From: Macrostomum lignano
Lineage: Eukaryota
Direction: 5' to 3'
Assembly (NCBI GenBank): GCA_002269645.1
Contig: NIVC01002608.1
Coordinates: forward strand, 93,082 to 157,081
Length of the DNA: 64,000 bases
Shown here: positions 49,901-63,600 of the stretch, in pieces
How positions within the stretch are numbered: position 1 is the stretch's first letter
Layout: each line of letters begins with the position of its first letter
The notes under the pieces: generated by a model
The model's database searches: none
Told to the model about the DNA's origin: nothing
The model's input: only the letters and a program-made list of their open reading frames with translations
Program-made: the position numbers and the translations under genes

Positions 49901-51135
49901 CGGCTGCAGCTGCGTGAGCATCAGCATCAGCAGCAGCGACTGCATCGTCGGGGCGGACGTCGGCAGCAAGATCATCAGGTGTCTGACCAGCTTGTATCAC
50001 CCGAGCTCGATCGAACTAATGGTGAGCTTCTGGAATGGGTGTCCATGATGCTGGAATAGGTGTCCATGATGCTGGAATAGGTGTCCATGATGATGGAATA
50101 GGTGTCCATGATGATGGAATAGGTGTCCATGATGATGGAATGGGTGTCCATGATGCTGGAATAGGTGTCCATGATGCTGGAATAGGTGTCGATAATGCTG
50201 GAATAGGTGTCCATGATGATGGAATAGGTGTCCATGATGCTGGAATAGGTGTCGATAATGCTGGAATAGGTGTCCATGATGATGGAATAGGTGTCCATGA
50301 TGATGGAATAGGTGTCGATAATGCTGGAATAGGTGTCCATGATGCTGGAATAGGTGTCGATAATGCTGGAATAGGTGTCCATGATGATGGAATAGGTGTC
50401 CATGATGATGGAATGGGTGTCCATGATGCTGGAATAGGTGTCGATAATGCTGGAATAGGTGTCCATGATGATGGAATAGGTGTCCATGATGCTGGAATAG
50501 GTGTCGATAATGCTGGAATAGGTGTCCATGATGATGGAATAGGTGTCCATGATGATGGAATGGGTGTCCATGATGCTGGAATAGGTGTCGATAATGCTGG
50601 AATAGGTGTCCATGATGATGGAATAGGTGTCCATGATGCTGGAATGGGTGTCCATGATGCTGGAATAGGTGTCCATGATGATGGAATAGGTGTCCATGAT
50701 GCTGGAATAGGTGTCCATGATGCTGGAATGGGTGTCCATGATGCTGGAATAGGTGTCCATGATGCTGGAATGGGTGTCCATGATGCTGGAATAGGTGTCC
50801 ATGATGCTGGAATAGGTGTCCATGATGCTGGAATAGGTGTCCATGATGCTGGAATAAGAATCGTATGTCCATTTAAAATCAGCTGGGTTACATTTCCAGG
50901 CTTAACAATCAAGGTAACGCGGCGCAACGGGCACTGCCTGAACGGGTTCGGCTCCTATCGGGTGTCCCCAGTCAAGCTGTCCGCCCTTCGTCGGGGCTTC
51001 GCTTCCGATTCTGCTTCCGCGAGCGCGGCCGCTGGTGCAGCTTCCGGTGGCGCGTCGGCGCCCGCGGCGCCTAAGCGTCGGCACCGTCACAAGACCCGGT
51101 TCGCGCACAAGAAGTCGCGCACAAGTAGGTCTTGA
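46967..51135 (+). CDS. TADA2B: Transcriptional adaptor 2-beta-like (SAGA subunit); secure exons 46967-47527 and 48514-49024; tentative 3' exons 49812 (or 49642)-50021 and 50900-51135
   Basis: ZZ zinc finger (CRYC...CSDC...LCVRCFASGAEAGKHSRRHDY), SANT (WSFDEETRLLDSIDVYGVGNWSDVA), the Ada2b-type PLSPSL linker, and Ada box (LGFMPLRGDFERDYDNEAESLL...DMYTGRLQERQRRK). Junction CAG|GTACTT...cacag|GCC is in frame. Confidence 0.85.
47690..48505. repeat. 30-bp minisatellite (ATCCCATACCCCATAAAT[C/A]CCACACTGAGC)n in TADA2B intron 1
   Basis: Tandem copies run up to the acceptor. Confidence 0.95.
49030..49480. repeat. 25-bp minisatellite (GTTGGCGCCATTGGCTTCCCTGTCA)n in TADA2B intron 2
   Basis: Tandem copies start just after the donor at 49025. 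Confidence 0.93.
50030..50855. repeat. 21-bp minisatellite (GCTGGAATAGGTGTCCATGAT)n filling a probable TADA2B intron (50022-50899)
   Basis: About 39 copies bounded by G|GTGAGC and catttccag|G. Confidence 0.93.
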
Positions 51136-51224
51136 ATTCTGGCCGAGTTAAAATTGCAATGATTTGTTTAACTGCATTGTCCTTTTTTGATATCTCTGTG
51201 TCTGTCTCTTGCAGACTTGTTGCT

Positions 51225-51940
51225 CTGTTTTCTATTTCTCCCCATCTATCTTTCTATTTCTCTCTCCATCTATCTTTATATTTCTCTCCCCATCTATCTT
51301 TATATTTCTCTCCCCATCTATCTTTATATTTCTCTCCCCATCTATCTTTCTATTTCTCTCCCTATCTATCTTTCTATTTCTCCTCCATCTATCACTCTAT
51401 TTTTCCCCATCTATCTTTCTATTTCTCTCCCCACCTATTTTTCTATTTCTCCCCATCTATCTTTCTATTTCTCTCCCCATCTATTTTTATATTTCTCTCC
51501 CCATCTGTCTTTCTATTTCTCCCCCATCTGTCTTTCTATTTCTCCCCATCTGTCTTTCTATTTCTCCCCCCCATATGTCATTCTATTTCTCCCCCAATCT
51601 TTCTTTCTATTTCTCCCCCATCTGTCATTCTATTTCTCCCCCCATCTGTCTTTCTATTTCTCCCCCATCTGTCTTTCTATTTCTCCCCCATCTGTCATTC
51701 TATTTCTCCCCCATCTGTCATCATATTTCTCCCCCCATCTGTCTTTCTATTTCTCCCCCATCTGTCATTCTATTTCTCCCCCATCTGTCTTTCTATTTCT
51801 CCCCCCATCTGTCTTTCTATTTCTCCCCCATCTGTCATTCTATTTCTCCCCCCATCTGTCATCCTTTTTCTCCCCCCATCTGTCTTTCTATTTCTCCCCC
51901 ATCTGTCATTCTATTTCTCCCCCGTCTATCTTTCTTTTTC
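51225..51940. repeat. ~23-bp pyrimidine-rich minisatellite (CCCCATCTGTCTTTCTATTTCTC)n
   Basis: Degenerate tandem copies. Confidence 0.92.
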
Positions 51941-52724
51941 CTATGGTTTCTGCTTCTATTTCTTAATCTCATGTTTCAGTAGTTTAAAATCCTTTAATAA
52001 TAATTTAAAAGTTTAAAATCCCTTTTTACATATGTTTCCAGTGTCCCTTACTGATTTGCCAGTTTAGTTAATAAAAAATAATGGCATGTTCCATGCTAGC
52101 TGCTCAATAGGTCTAACTTTAGTAGTATTCAACGAAAACATGCTAGTGGTATATGAATTATTAATAAATAGCTATTTAATTACTTTGACATGCTAGCTTA
52201 ATACTCCTAGATCGTTGAATACGTTTTAGAAAGTATTATTATAGTTCACTACTACTTGCTTGCCTGTCCAAGTAGTCAGAGGGAATTTTTGTTACTTTAG
52301 TGCAGCCTTGTTTGTTATATTTGTTGTTAATGAAAATGTACTATATGTGTACATTACCGTGGCATTAATATATTGCTGTATTACTTGTCAAAACTTTTGT
52401 ACCTGTGTACACTTGTGACTTGCATTATTTTTCATCTAATATTATCATTAGAAATAATTGTTAATTAATATTTGAGGCATTTTTTGTAATAAATAAACTC
52501 TTCAAACGGAGATCTGTTCCATCTGGACGGAGGTTAATTGTTGTCCTCTGAGCTTGCTGTCCACAAGTCTGTATAGTTTATCAGCCCATGCTACTGTTTG
52601 CTACAATTAATTAAATTGCATACGGACGCTTCTAATATAACAAAACAAAAAAATATAGTTTTTTTACTTTTATTATTTGTTTATCTTGCAATCGGGAAAT
52701 TCAAAACACAGTCGGAATTTATTT

Positions 52725-53175
52725 TTGGTCACTCAGCAGACAGTGTGGGCTAATTAATGTGTCAGATTGGTCACTCAGCAGACAGTGTTTGCTAATTAAT
52801 GTGTCAGATTGGTCACTCAGCAGACAGTTTGGGCTAATTAATGTGTCAGATTGGTCACTCAGCAGACAGTTTGGGCTAATTAATGTGTCAGATTGGTCAC
52901 TCAGCAGACACAGTGTGGGCTAATTAATGTGTCAGATTGGTCACTCAGCAGACTGATAGTGTGTGCTAATTAATGTGTCTGATTGGTCACTCAGCAGACT
53001 AATTGTGTGTGTGCTAATTAATGTGTCTGATTGGTCACTCAGCAGACTGATTGTTTGTGCTATACACCATTTGCTGTCACTCAGCAGACTGATTGTTTGT
53101 GCTATACACCATTTGCTGTCACTCAGCAGACTGATTGTTTGTGCTATACACCATTTGCTGTCACTCAGCAGACTG
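52725..53175. repeat. ~40-46-bp tandem repeats anchored on TCACTCAGCAGAC (two successive subtypes)
   Basis: About 11 copies. The unit switches from ...CTAATTAATGTGTCAGATTGG to ...GCTATACACCATTTGCTG. Confidence 0.88.
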
Positions 53176-54343
53176 GTCTTACACACTAAAGTATGGCAGA
53201 GACGGTATCTCATTCAGTAATAAAGAGCAGCAGGAATGCCAGCTAGGCGTCACTCTTATCTAGCTACTAATTTCGCCGCTTGCTGTTTGAGTAAATTGAA
53301 AAAGGTCTACGCCGATTCAAAGAATTCTGTGGCAAATAAAGCACGGAGCTAGTTGGAAGTAGAAAGTGCCGCAATGGTTGGATCAGCTATGCCTACGATG
53401 TGTACTCGTAGCAAACGCCTCTGCAATTCTGGAGCGTAAAGGGCGTCGTTGCATGGCAGCGCTAAAGCAGTACACCATGGTGCAACCTGAATCGCGACTA
53501 TACACAGTCGACTGTTTTGCATCGGCACTCTTGCGCTCCAGAATTTCTAAGAAATGAAAGATTAATTCCAACTATAGATAGTGCCAGTACTGTACGTAGC
53601 TGTGTCAGCTTGTTTTTTTCAGTACTTACGCTTATCTTTACAGTCATACAGTTGCTAAAAACCTACATATTTGCGACTCACTCAACGTCTCATCTCTAAG
53701 ACCTTGTGGGTAGCGTATTTTGTTAGTTGGCAAAAACTATGTAAATGAAGCACCGATGCATGTCTCACATTTTTAGTGGGCTTTAACTTTGAGAGGTTGA
53801 TCAATATTAGGACATGTATAAGATAACGTTCGATGTTGCTTGTTCTTTCACATGTAATCTGATAAATAATCAACTTGTTTGCGAGATAGTCGTTTCACTT
53901 TGCGTCTCTTGTATGTTCGCCATTCTTACCAGAATTTGAACGCACTCCGCTAGCTAACAACTTAAGCGATTTCAACCATATGCGATTAAATTTTTGTAAA
54001 AACCAGCTGGTGAAAAAAGCAGACTTGATAAATTCTGCTCAGGATGCAGCAATAAAAGAAATATACCGCCTGCGGGGCAACGCAAATCTTGACTCACGAA
54101 GTTTTTAGTTAGCACAAAAACTACGCAGTCAGCAAAAGGCAAGAAGGGTACAAAGACTCAAAACACGAGTTGATACCCCGGTCAACGCCACGCCGAAAGA
54201 TAAGCCGCGACTTCTTAATGACGAATTCACAAAATGGGCAGGCCAAAATTAAACAGGACCTCAGCACTAAAATTCTGAACTGAAAAAGTCTTTCTGAACA
54301 GCACTGCAACCTGAATGCAAAGGCAGAGATCACAACCGAGAGA

Positions 54344-54541
54344 ATGAAGACGTACTCAGCCGCCGTTCTCCTCGGATTAGCTCTGCTCATCGCCACAGTA
54401 GCCTTCCTGCAGTACAACCGGCAGAACAACGCAGCAACAAAACTAACAACTACTTGGCACAGGCGGCACAAACAACCAACAAAAAAAGCACAATTTACAA
54501 CAATTTTATGCAACACCCTACATCAACACTCAAAAACGTAA
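54344..54541 (+). CDS. Short ORF starting with a signal-peptide-like sequence; possible 5' end of the mucin-like gene
   Basis: MKTYSAAVLLGLALLIATVA has basic n-region, hydrophobic h-region and small-residue c-region. It lies ~150 nt upstream of the repeat array but is not in the same frame. Confidence 0.35.
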   Translation: MKTYSAAVLLGLALLIATVAFLQYNRQNNAATKLTTTWHRRHKQPTKKAQFTTILCNTLHQHSKT

Positions 54542-54641
54542 ACAGAACGATACAGTTTCTACTACAAAGAAAAAACACTATATACATCAAACGCTACCAA
54601 AGTGAAAAATAAAAGCAAACATAGAGTCAAACAGACATTAA

Positions 54642-57600
54642 AAACCGATATTCACCACTGTGCACAACCAAATACTTGCTAAAAATTCTGCACCGCCGCC
54701 GACGGAGAGCAGCAGTACTACTGGCACCACCGACGAGGCAGTGACGCCGTCGGAGGAGTCGACTTTGACAACAGAGCCGTCGACTGCGGACTCTTCGTCG
54801 GCTACTATTAGCTCCTCGGCTTCACCGGAAGCGAGCACAGAAGCCAGCACAGAAGAGAGGACAACAGCCGGTCCCGAGGCTACTACTGAGACTGCACCGC
54901 CGCCGACGGAGAGCAGCAGTACTACTGGCACCACCGACGAGGCAGTGACGCCGTCGGAGGAGTCGACTTTGACAACAGAGCCGTCGACTGCGGACTCTTC
55001 GTCGGCTACTATTAGCTCCTCGGCTTCACCGGAAGCGAGCACAGAAGCCAGCACAGAAGAGAGGACAACAGCCGGTCCCGAGGCTACTACTGAGACTGCA
55101 CCGCCGCCGACGGAGAGCAGCAGTACTACTGGCACCACCGACGAGGCAGTGACGCCGTCGGAGGAGTCGACTTTGACAACAGAGCCGTCGACTGCGGACT
55201 CTTCGTCGGCTACTATTAGCTCCTCGGCTTCACCGGAAGCGAGCACAGAAGCCAGCACAGAAGAGAGGACAACAGCCGGTCCCGAGGCTACTACTGAGAC
55301 TGCACCGCCGCCGACGGAGAGCAGCAGTACTACTGGCACCACCGACGAGGCAGTGACGCCGTCGGAGGAGTCGACTTTGACAACAGAGCCGTCGACTGCG
55401 GACTCTTCGTCGGCTACTATTAGCTCCTCGGCTTCACCGGAAGCGAGCACAGAAGCCAGCACAGAAGAGAGGACAACAGCCGGTCCCGAGGCTACTACTG
55501 AGACTGCACCGCCGCCGACGGAGAGCAGCAGTACTACTGGCACCACCGACGAGGCAGTGACGCCGTCGGAGGAGTCGACTTTGACAACAGAGCCGTCGAC
55601 TGCGGACTCTTCGTCGGCTACTATTAGCTCCTCGGCTTCACCGGAAGCGAGCACAGAAGCCAGCACAGAAGAGAGGACAACAGCCGGTCCCGAGGCTACT
55701 ACTGAGACTGCACCGCCGCCGACGGAGAGCAGCAGTACTACTGGCACCACCGACGAGGCAGTGACGCCGTCGGAGGAGTCGACTTTGACAACAGAGCCGT
55801 CGACTGCGGACTCTTCGTCGGCTACTATTAGCTCCTCGGCTTCACCGGAAGCGAGCACAGAAGCCAGCACAGAAGAGAGGACAACAGCCGGTCCCGAGGC
55901 TACTACTGAGACTGCACCGCCGCCGACGGAGAGCAGCAGTACTACTGGCACCACCGACGAGGCAGTGACGCCGTCGGAGGGGTCGACTTTGACAACAGAG
56001 CCGTCGACTGCGGACTCTTCGTCGGCTACTATTAGCTCCTCGGCTTCACCGGAAGCGAGCACAGAAGCCAGCACAGAAGAGAGGACAACAGCCGGTCCCG
56101 AGGCTACTACTGAGACTGCACCGCCGCCGACGGAGAGCAGCAGTACTACTGGCACCACCGACGAGGCAGTGACGCCGTCGGAGGAGTCGACTTTGACAAC
56201 AGAGCCGTCGACTGCGGACTCTTCGTCGGCTACTATTAGCTCCTCGGCTTCACCGGAAGCGAGCACAGAAGCCAGCACAGAAGAGAGGACAACAGCCGGT
56301 CCCGAGGCTACTACTGAGACTGCACCGCCGCCGACGGAGAGCAGCAGTACTACTGGCACCACCGACGAGGCAGTGACGCCGTCGGAGGAGTCGACTTTGA
56401 CAACAGAGCCGTCGACTGCGGACTCTTCGTCGGCTACTATTAGCTCCTCGGCTTCACCGGAAGCGAGCACAGAAGCCAGCACAGAAGAGAGGACAACAGC
56501 CGGTCCCGAGGCTACTACTGAGACTGCACCGCCGCCGACGGAGAGCAGCAGTACTACTGGCACCACCGACGAGGCAGTGACGCCGTCGGAGGAGTCGACT
56601 TTGACAACAGAGCCGTCGACTGCGGACTCTTCGTCGGCTACTATTAGCTCCTCGGCTTCACCGGAAGCGAGCACAGAAGCCAGCACAGAAGAGAGGACAA
56701 CAGCCGGTCCCGAGGCTACTACTGAGACTGCACCGCCGCCGACGGAGAGCAGCAGTACTACTGGCACCACCGACGAGGCAGTGACGCCGTCGGAGGAGTC
56801 GACTTTGACAACAGAGCCGTCGACTGCGGACTCTTCGTCGGCTACTATTAGCTCCTCGGCTTCACCGGAAGCGAGCACAGAAGCCAGCACAGAAGAGAGG
56901 ACAACAGCCGGTCCCGAGGCTACTACTGAGACTGCACCGCCGCCGACGGAGAGCAGCAGTACTACTGGCACCACCGACGAGGCAGTGACGCCGTCGGAGG
57001 AGTCGACTTTGACAACAGAGCCGTCGACTGCGGACTCTTCGTCGGCTACTATTAGCTCCTCGGCTTCACCGGAAGCGAGCACAGAAGCCAGCACAGAAGA
57101 GAGGACAACAGCCGGTCCCGAGGCTACTACTGAGACTGCACCGCCGCCGACGGAGAGCAGCAGTACTACTGGCACCACCGACGAGGCAGTGACGCCGTCG
57201 GAGGAGTCGACTTTGACAACAGAGCCGTCGACTGCGGACTCTTCGTCGGCTACTATTAGCTCCTCGGCTTCACCGGAAGCGAGCACAGAAGCCAGCACAG
57301 AAGAGAGGACAACAGCCGGTCCCGAGGCTACTACTGAGACTGCACCGCCGCCGACGGAGAGCAGCAGTACTACTGGCACCACCGACGAGGCAGTGACGCC
57401 GTCGGAGGAGTCGACTTTGACAACAGAGCCGTCGACTGCGGACTCTTCGTCGGCTACTATTAGCTCCTCGGCTTCACCGGAAGCGAGCACAGAAGCCAGC
57501 ACAGAAGAGAGGACAACAGCCGGTCCCGAGGCTACTACTGAGACTGCACCGCCGCCGACGGAGAGCAGCAGTACTACTGGCACCACCGACGAGGCAGTGA

Positions 57601-60600
57601 CGCCGTCGGAGGAGTCGACTTTGACAACAGAGCCGTCGACTGCGGACTCTTCGTCGGCTACTATTAGCTCCTCGGCTTCACCGGAAGCGAGCACAGAAGC
57701 CAGCACAGAAGAGAGGACAACAGCCGGTCCCGAGGCTACTACTGAGACTGCACCGCCGCCGACGGAGAGCAGCAGTACTACTGGCACCACCGACGAGGCA
57801 GTGACGCCGTCGGAGGAGTCGACTTTGACAACAGAGCCGTCGACTGCGGACTCTTCGTCGGCTACTATTAGCTCCTCGGCTTCACCGGAAGCGAGCACAG
57901 AAGCCAGCACAGAAGAGAGGACAACAGCCGGTCCCGAGGCTACTACTGAGACTGCACCGCCGCCGACGGAGAGCAGCAGTACTACTGGCACCACCGACGA
58001 GGCAGTGACGCCGTCGGAGGAGTCGACTTTGACAACAGAGCCGTCGACTGCGGACTCTTCGTCGGCTACTATTAGCTCCTCGGCTTCACCGGAAGCGAGC
58101 ACAGAAGCCAGCACAGAAGAGAGGACAACAGCCGGTCCCGAGGCTACTACTGAGACTGCACCGCCGCCGACGGAGAGCAGCAGTACTACTGGCACCACCG
58201 ACGAGGCAGTGACGCCGTCGGAGGAGTCGACTTTGACAACAGAGCCGTCGACTGCGGACTCTTCGTCGGCTACTATTAGCTCCTCGGCTTCACCGGAAGC
58301 GAGCACAGAAGCCAGCACAGAAGAGAGGACAACAGCCGGTCCCGAGGCTACTACTGAGACTGCACCGCCGCCGACGGAGAGCAGCAGTACTACTGGCACC
58401 ACCGACGAGGCAGTGACGCCGTCGGAGGAGTCGACTTTGACAACAGAGCCGTCGACTGCGGACTCTTCGTCGGCTACTATTAGCTCCTCGGCTTCACCGG
58501 AAGCGAGCACAGAAGCCAGCACAGAAGAGAGGACAACAGCCGGTCCCGAGGCTACTACTGAGACTGCACCGCCGCCGACGGAGAGCAGCAGTACTACTGG
58601 CACCACCGACGAGGCAGTGACGCCGTCGGAGGAGTCGACTTTGACAACAGAGCCGTCGACTGCGGACTCTTCGTCGGCTACTATTAGCTCCTCGGCTTCA
58701 CCGGAAGCGAGCACAGAAGCCAGCACAGAAGAGAGGACAACAGCCGGTCCCGAGGCTACTACTGAGACTGCACCGCCGCCGACGGAGAGCAGCAGTACTA
58801 CTGGCACCACCGACGAGGCAGTGACGCCGTCGGAGGAGTCGACTTTGACAACAGAGCCGTCGACTGCGGACTCTTCGTCGGCTACTATTAGCTCCTCGGC
58901 TTCACCGGAAGCGAGCACAGAAGCCAGCACAGAAGAGAGGACAACAGCCGGTCCCGAGGCTACTACTGAGACTGCACCGCCGCCGACGGAGAGCAGCAGT
59001 ACTACTGGCACCACCGACGAGGCAGTGACGCCGTCGGAGGAGTCGACTTTGACAACAGAGCCGTCGACTGCGGACTCTTCGTCGGCTACTATTAGCTCCT
59101 CGGCTTCACCGGAAGCGAGCACAGAAGCCAGCACAGAAGAGAGGACAACAGCCGGTCCCGAGGCTACTACTGAGACTGCACCGCCGCCGACGGAGAGCAG
59201 CAGTACTACTGGCACCACCGACGAGGCAGTGACGCCGTCGGAGGAGTCGACTTTGACAACAGAGCCGTCGACTGCGGACTCTTCGTCGGCTACTATTAGC
59301 TCCTCGGCTTCACCGGAAGCGAGCACAGAAGCCAGCACAGAAGAGAGGACAACAGCCGGTCCCGAGGCTACTACTGAGACTGCACCGCCGCCGACGGAGA
59401 GCAGCAGTACTACTGGCACCACCGACGAGGCAGTGACGCCGTCGGAGGAGTCGACTTTGACAACAGAGCCGTCGACTGCGGACTCTTCGTCGGCTACTAT
59501 TAGCTCCTCGGCTTCACCGGAAGCGAGCACAGAAGCCAGCACAGAAGAGAGGACAACAGCCGGTCCCGAGGCTACTACTGAGACTGCACCGCCGCCGACG
59601 GAGAGCAGCAGTACTACTGGCACCACCGACGAGGCAGTGACGCCGTCGGAGGAGTCGACTTTGACAACAGAGCCGTCGACTGCGGACTCTTCGTCGGCTA
59701 CTATTAGCTCCTCGGCTTCACCGGAAGCGAGCACAGAAGCCAGCACAGAAGAGAGGACAACAGCCGGTCCCGAGGCTACTACTGAGACTGCACCGCCGCC
59801 GACGGAGAGCAGCAGTACTACTGGCACCACCGACGAGGCAGTGACGCCGTCGGAGGAGTCGACTTTGACAACAGAGCCGTCGACTGCGGACTCTTCGTCG
59901 GCTACTATTAGCTCCTCGGCTTCACCGGAAGCGAGCACAGAAGCCAGCACAGAAGAGAGGACAACAGCCGGTCCCGAGGCTACTACTGAGACTGCACCGC
60001 CGCCGACGGAGAGCAGCAGTACTACTGGCACCACCGACGAGGCAGTGACGCCGTCGGAGGAGTCGACTTTGACAACAGAGCCGTCGACTGCGGACTCTTC
60101 GTCGGCTACTATTAGCTCCTCGGCTTCACCGGAAGCGAGCACAGAAGCCAGCACAGAAGAGAGGACAACAGCCGGTCCCGAGGCTACTACTGAGACTGCA
60201 CCGCCGCCGACGGAGAGCAGCAGTACTACTGGCACCACCGACGAGGCAGTGACGCCGTCGGAGGAGTCGACTTTGACAACAGAGCCGTCGACTGCGGACT
60301 CTTCGTCGGCTACTATTAGCTCCTCGGCTTCACCGGAAGCGAGCACAGAAGCCAGCACAGAAGAGAGGACAACAGCCGGTCCCGAGGCTACTACTGAGAC
60401 TGCACCGCCGCCGACGGAGAGCAGCAGTACTACTGGCACCACCGACGAGGCAGTGACGCCGTCGGAGGAGTCGACTTTGACAACAGAGCCGTCGACTGCG
60501 GACTCTTCGTCGGCTACTATTAGCTCCTCGGCTTCACCGGAAGCGAGCACAGAAGCCAGCACAGAAGAGAGGACAACAGCCGGTCCCGAGGCTACTACTG

Positions 60601-63600
60601 AGACTGCACCGCCGCCGACGGAGAGCAGCAGTACTACTGGCACCACCGACGAGGCAGTGACGCCGTCGGAGGAGTCGACTTTGACAACAGAGCCGTCGAC
60701 TGCGGACTCTTCGTCGGCTACTATTAGCTCCTCGGCTTCACCGGAAGCGAGCACAGAAGCCAGCACAGAAGAGAGGACAACAGCCGGTCCCGAGGCTACT
60801 ACTGAGACTGCACCGCCGCCGACGGAGAGCAGCAGTACTACTGGCACCACCGACGAGGCAGTGACGCCGTCGGAGGAGTCGACTTTGACAACAGAGCCGT
60901 CGACTGCGGACTCTTCGTCGGCTACTATTAGCTCCTCGGCTTCACCGGAAGCGAGCACAGAAGCCAGCACAGAAGAGAGGACAACAGCCGGTCCCGAGGC
61001 TACTACTGAGACTGCACCGCCGCCGACGGAGAGCAGCAGTACTACTGGCACCACCGACGAGGCAGTGACGCCGTCGGAGGAGTCGACTTTGACAACAGAG
61101 CCGTCGACTGCGGACTCTTCGTCGGCTACTATTAGCTCCTCGGCTTCACCGGAAGCGAGCACAGAAGCCAGCACAGAAGAGAGGACAACAGCCGGTCCCG
61201 AGGCTACTACTGAGACTGCACCGCCGCCGACGGAGAGCAGCAGTACTACTGGCACCACCGACGAGGCAGTGACGCCGTCGGAGGAGTCGACTTTGACAAC
61301 AGAGCCGTCGACTGCGGACTCTTCGTCGGCTACTATTAGCTCCTCGGCTTCACCGGAAGCGAGCACAGAAGCCAGCACAGAAGAGAGGACAACAGCCGGT
61401 CCCGAGGCTACTACTGAGACTGCACCGCCGCCGACGGAGAGCAGCAGTACTACTGGCACCACCGACGAGGCAGTGACGCCGTCGGAGGAGTCGACTTTGA
61501 CAACAGAGCCGTCGACTGCGGACTCTTCGTCGGCTACTATTAGCTCCTCGGCTTCACCGGAAGCGAGCACAGAAGCCAGCACAGAAGAGAGGACAACAGC
61601 CGGTCCCGAGGCTACTACTGAGACTGCACCGCCGCCGACGGAGAGCAGCAGTACTACTGGCACCACCGACGAGGCAGTGACGCCGTCGGAGGAGTCGACT
61701 TTGACAACAGAGCCGTCGACTGCGGACTCTTCGTCGGCTACTATTAGCTCCTCGGCTTCACCGGAAGCGAGCACAGAAGCCAGCACAGAAGAGAGGACAA
61801 CAGCCGGTCCCGAGGCTACTACTGAGACTGCACCGCCGCCGACGGAGAGCAGCAGTACTACTGGCACCACCGACGAGGCAGTGACGCCGTCGGAGGAGTC
61901 GACTTTGACAACAGAGCCGTCGACTGCGGACTCTTCGTCGGCTACTATTAGCTCCTCGGCTTCACCGGAAGCGAGCACAGAAGCCAGCACAGAAGAGAGG
62001 ACAACAGCCGGTCCCGAGGCTACTACTGAGACTGCACCGCCGCCGACGGAGAGCAGCAGTACTACTGGCACCACCGACGAGGCAGTGACGCCGTCGGAGG
62101 AGTCGACTTTGACAACAGAGCCGTCGACTGCGGACTCTTCGTCGGCTACTATTAGCTCCTCGGCTTCACCGGAAGCGAGCACAGAAGCCAGCACAGAAGA
62201 GAGGACAACAGCCGGTCCCGAGGCTACTACTGAGACTGCACCGCCGCCGACGGAGAGCAGCAGTACTACTGGCACCACCGACGAGGCAGTGACGCCGTCG
62301 GAGGAGTCGACTTTGACAACAGAGCCGTCGACTGCGGACTCTTCGTCGGCTACTATTAGCTCCTCGGCTTCACCGGAAGCGAGCACAGAAGCCAGCACAG
62401 AAGAGAGGACAACAGCCGGTCCCGAGGCTACTACTGAGACTGCACCGCCGCCGACGGAGAGCAGCAGTACTACTGGCACCACCGACGAGGCAGTGACGCC
62501 GTCGGAGGAGTCGACTTTGACAACAGAGCCGTCGACTGCGGACTCTTCGTCGGCTACTATTAGCTCCTCGGCTTCACCGGAAGCGAGCACAGAAGCCAGC
62601 ACAGAAGAGAGGACAACAGCCGGTCCCGAGGCTACTACTGAGACTGCACCGCCGCCGACGGAGAGCAGCAGTACTACTGGCACCACCGACGAGGCAGTGA
62701 CGCCGTCGGAGGAGTCGACTTTGACAACAGAGCCGTCGACTGCGGACTCTTCGTCGGCTACTATTAGCTCCTCGGCTTCACCGGAAGCGAGCACAGAAGC
62801 CAGCACAGAAGAGAGGACAACAGCCGGTCCCGAGGCTACTACTGAGACTGCACCGCCGCCGACGGAGAGCAGCAGTACTACTGGCACCACCGACGAGGCA
62901 GTGACGCCGTCGGAGGAGTCGACTTTGACAACAGAGCCGTCGACTGCGGACTCTTCGTCGGCTACTATTAGCTCCTCGGCTTCACCGGAAGCGAGCACAG
63001 AAGCCAGCACAGAAGAGAGGACAACAGCCGGTCCCGAGGCTACTACTGAGACTGCACCGCCGCCGACGGAGAGCAGCAGTACTACTGGCACCACCGACGA
63101 GGCAGTGACGCCGTCGGAGGAGTCGACTTTGACAACAGAGCCGTCGACTGCGGACTCTTCGTCGGCTACTATTAGCTCCTCGGCTTCACCGGAAGCGAGC
63201 ACAGAAGCCAGCACAGAAGAGAGGACAACAGCCGGTCCCGAGGCTACTACTGAGACTGCACCGCCGCCGACGGAGAGCAGCAGTACTACTGGCACCACCG
63301 ACGAGGCAGTGACGCCGTCGGAGGAGTCGACTTTGACAACAGAGCCGTCGACTGCGGACTCTTCGTCGGCTACTATTAGCTCCTCGGCTTCACCGGAAGC
63401 GAGCACAGAAGCCAGCACAGAAGAGAGGACAACAGCCGGTCCCGAGGCTACTACTGAGACTGCACCGCCGCCGACGGAGAGCAGCAGTACTACTGGCACC
63501 ACCGACGAGGCAGTGACGCCGTCGGAGGAGTCGACTTTGACAACAGAGCCGTCGACTGCGGACTCTTCGTCGGCTACTATTAGCTCCTCGGCTTCACCGG

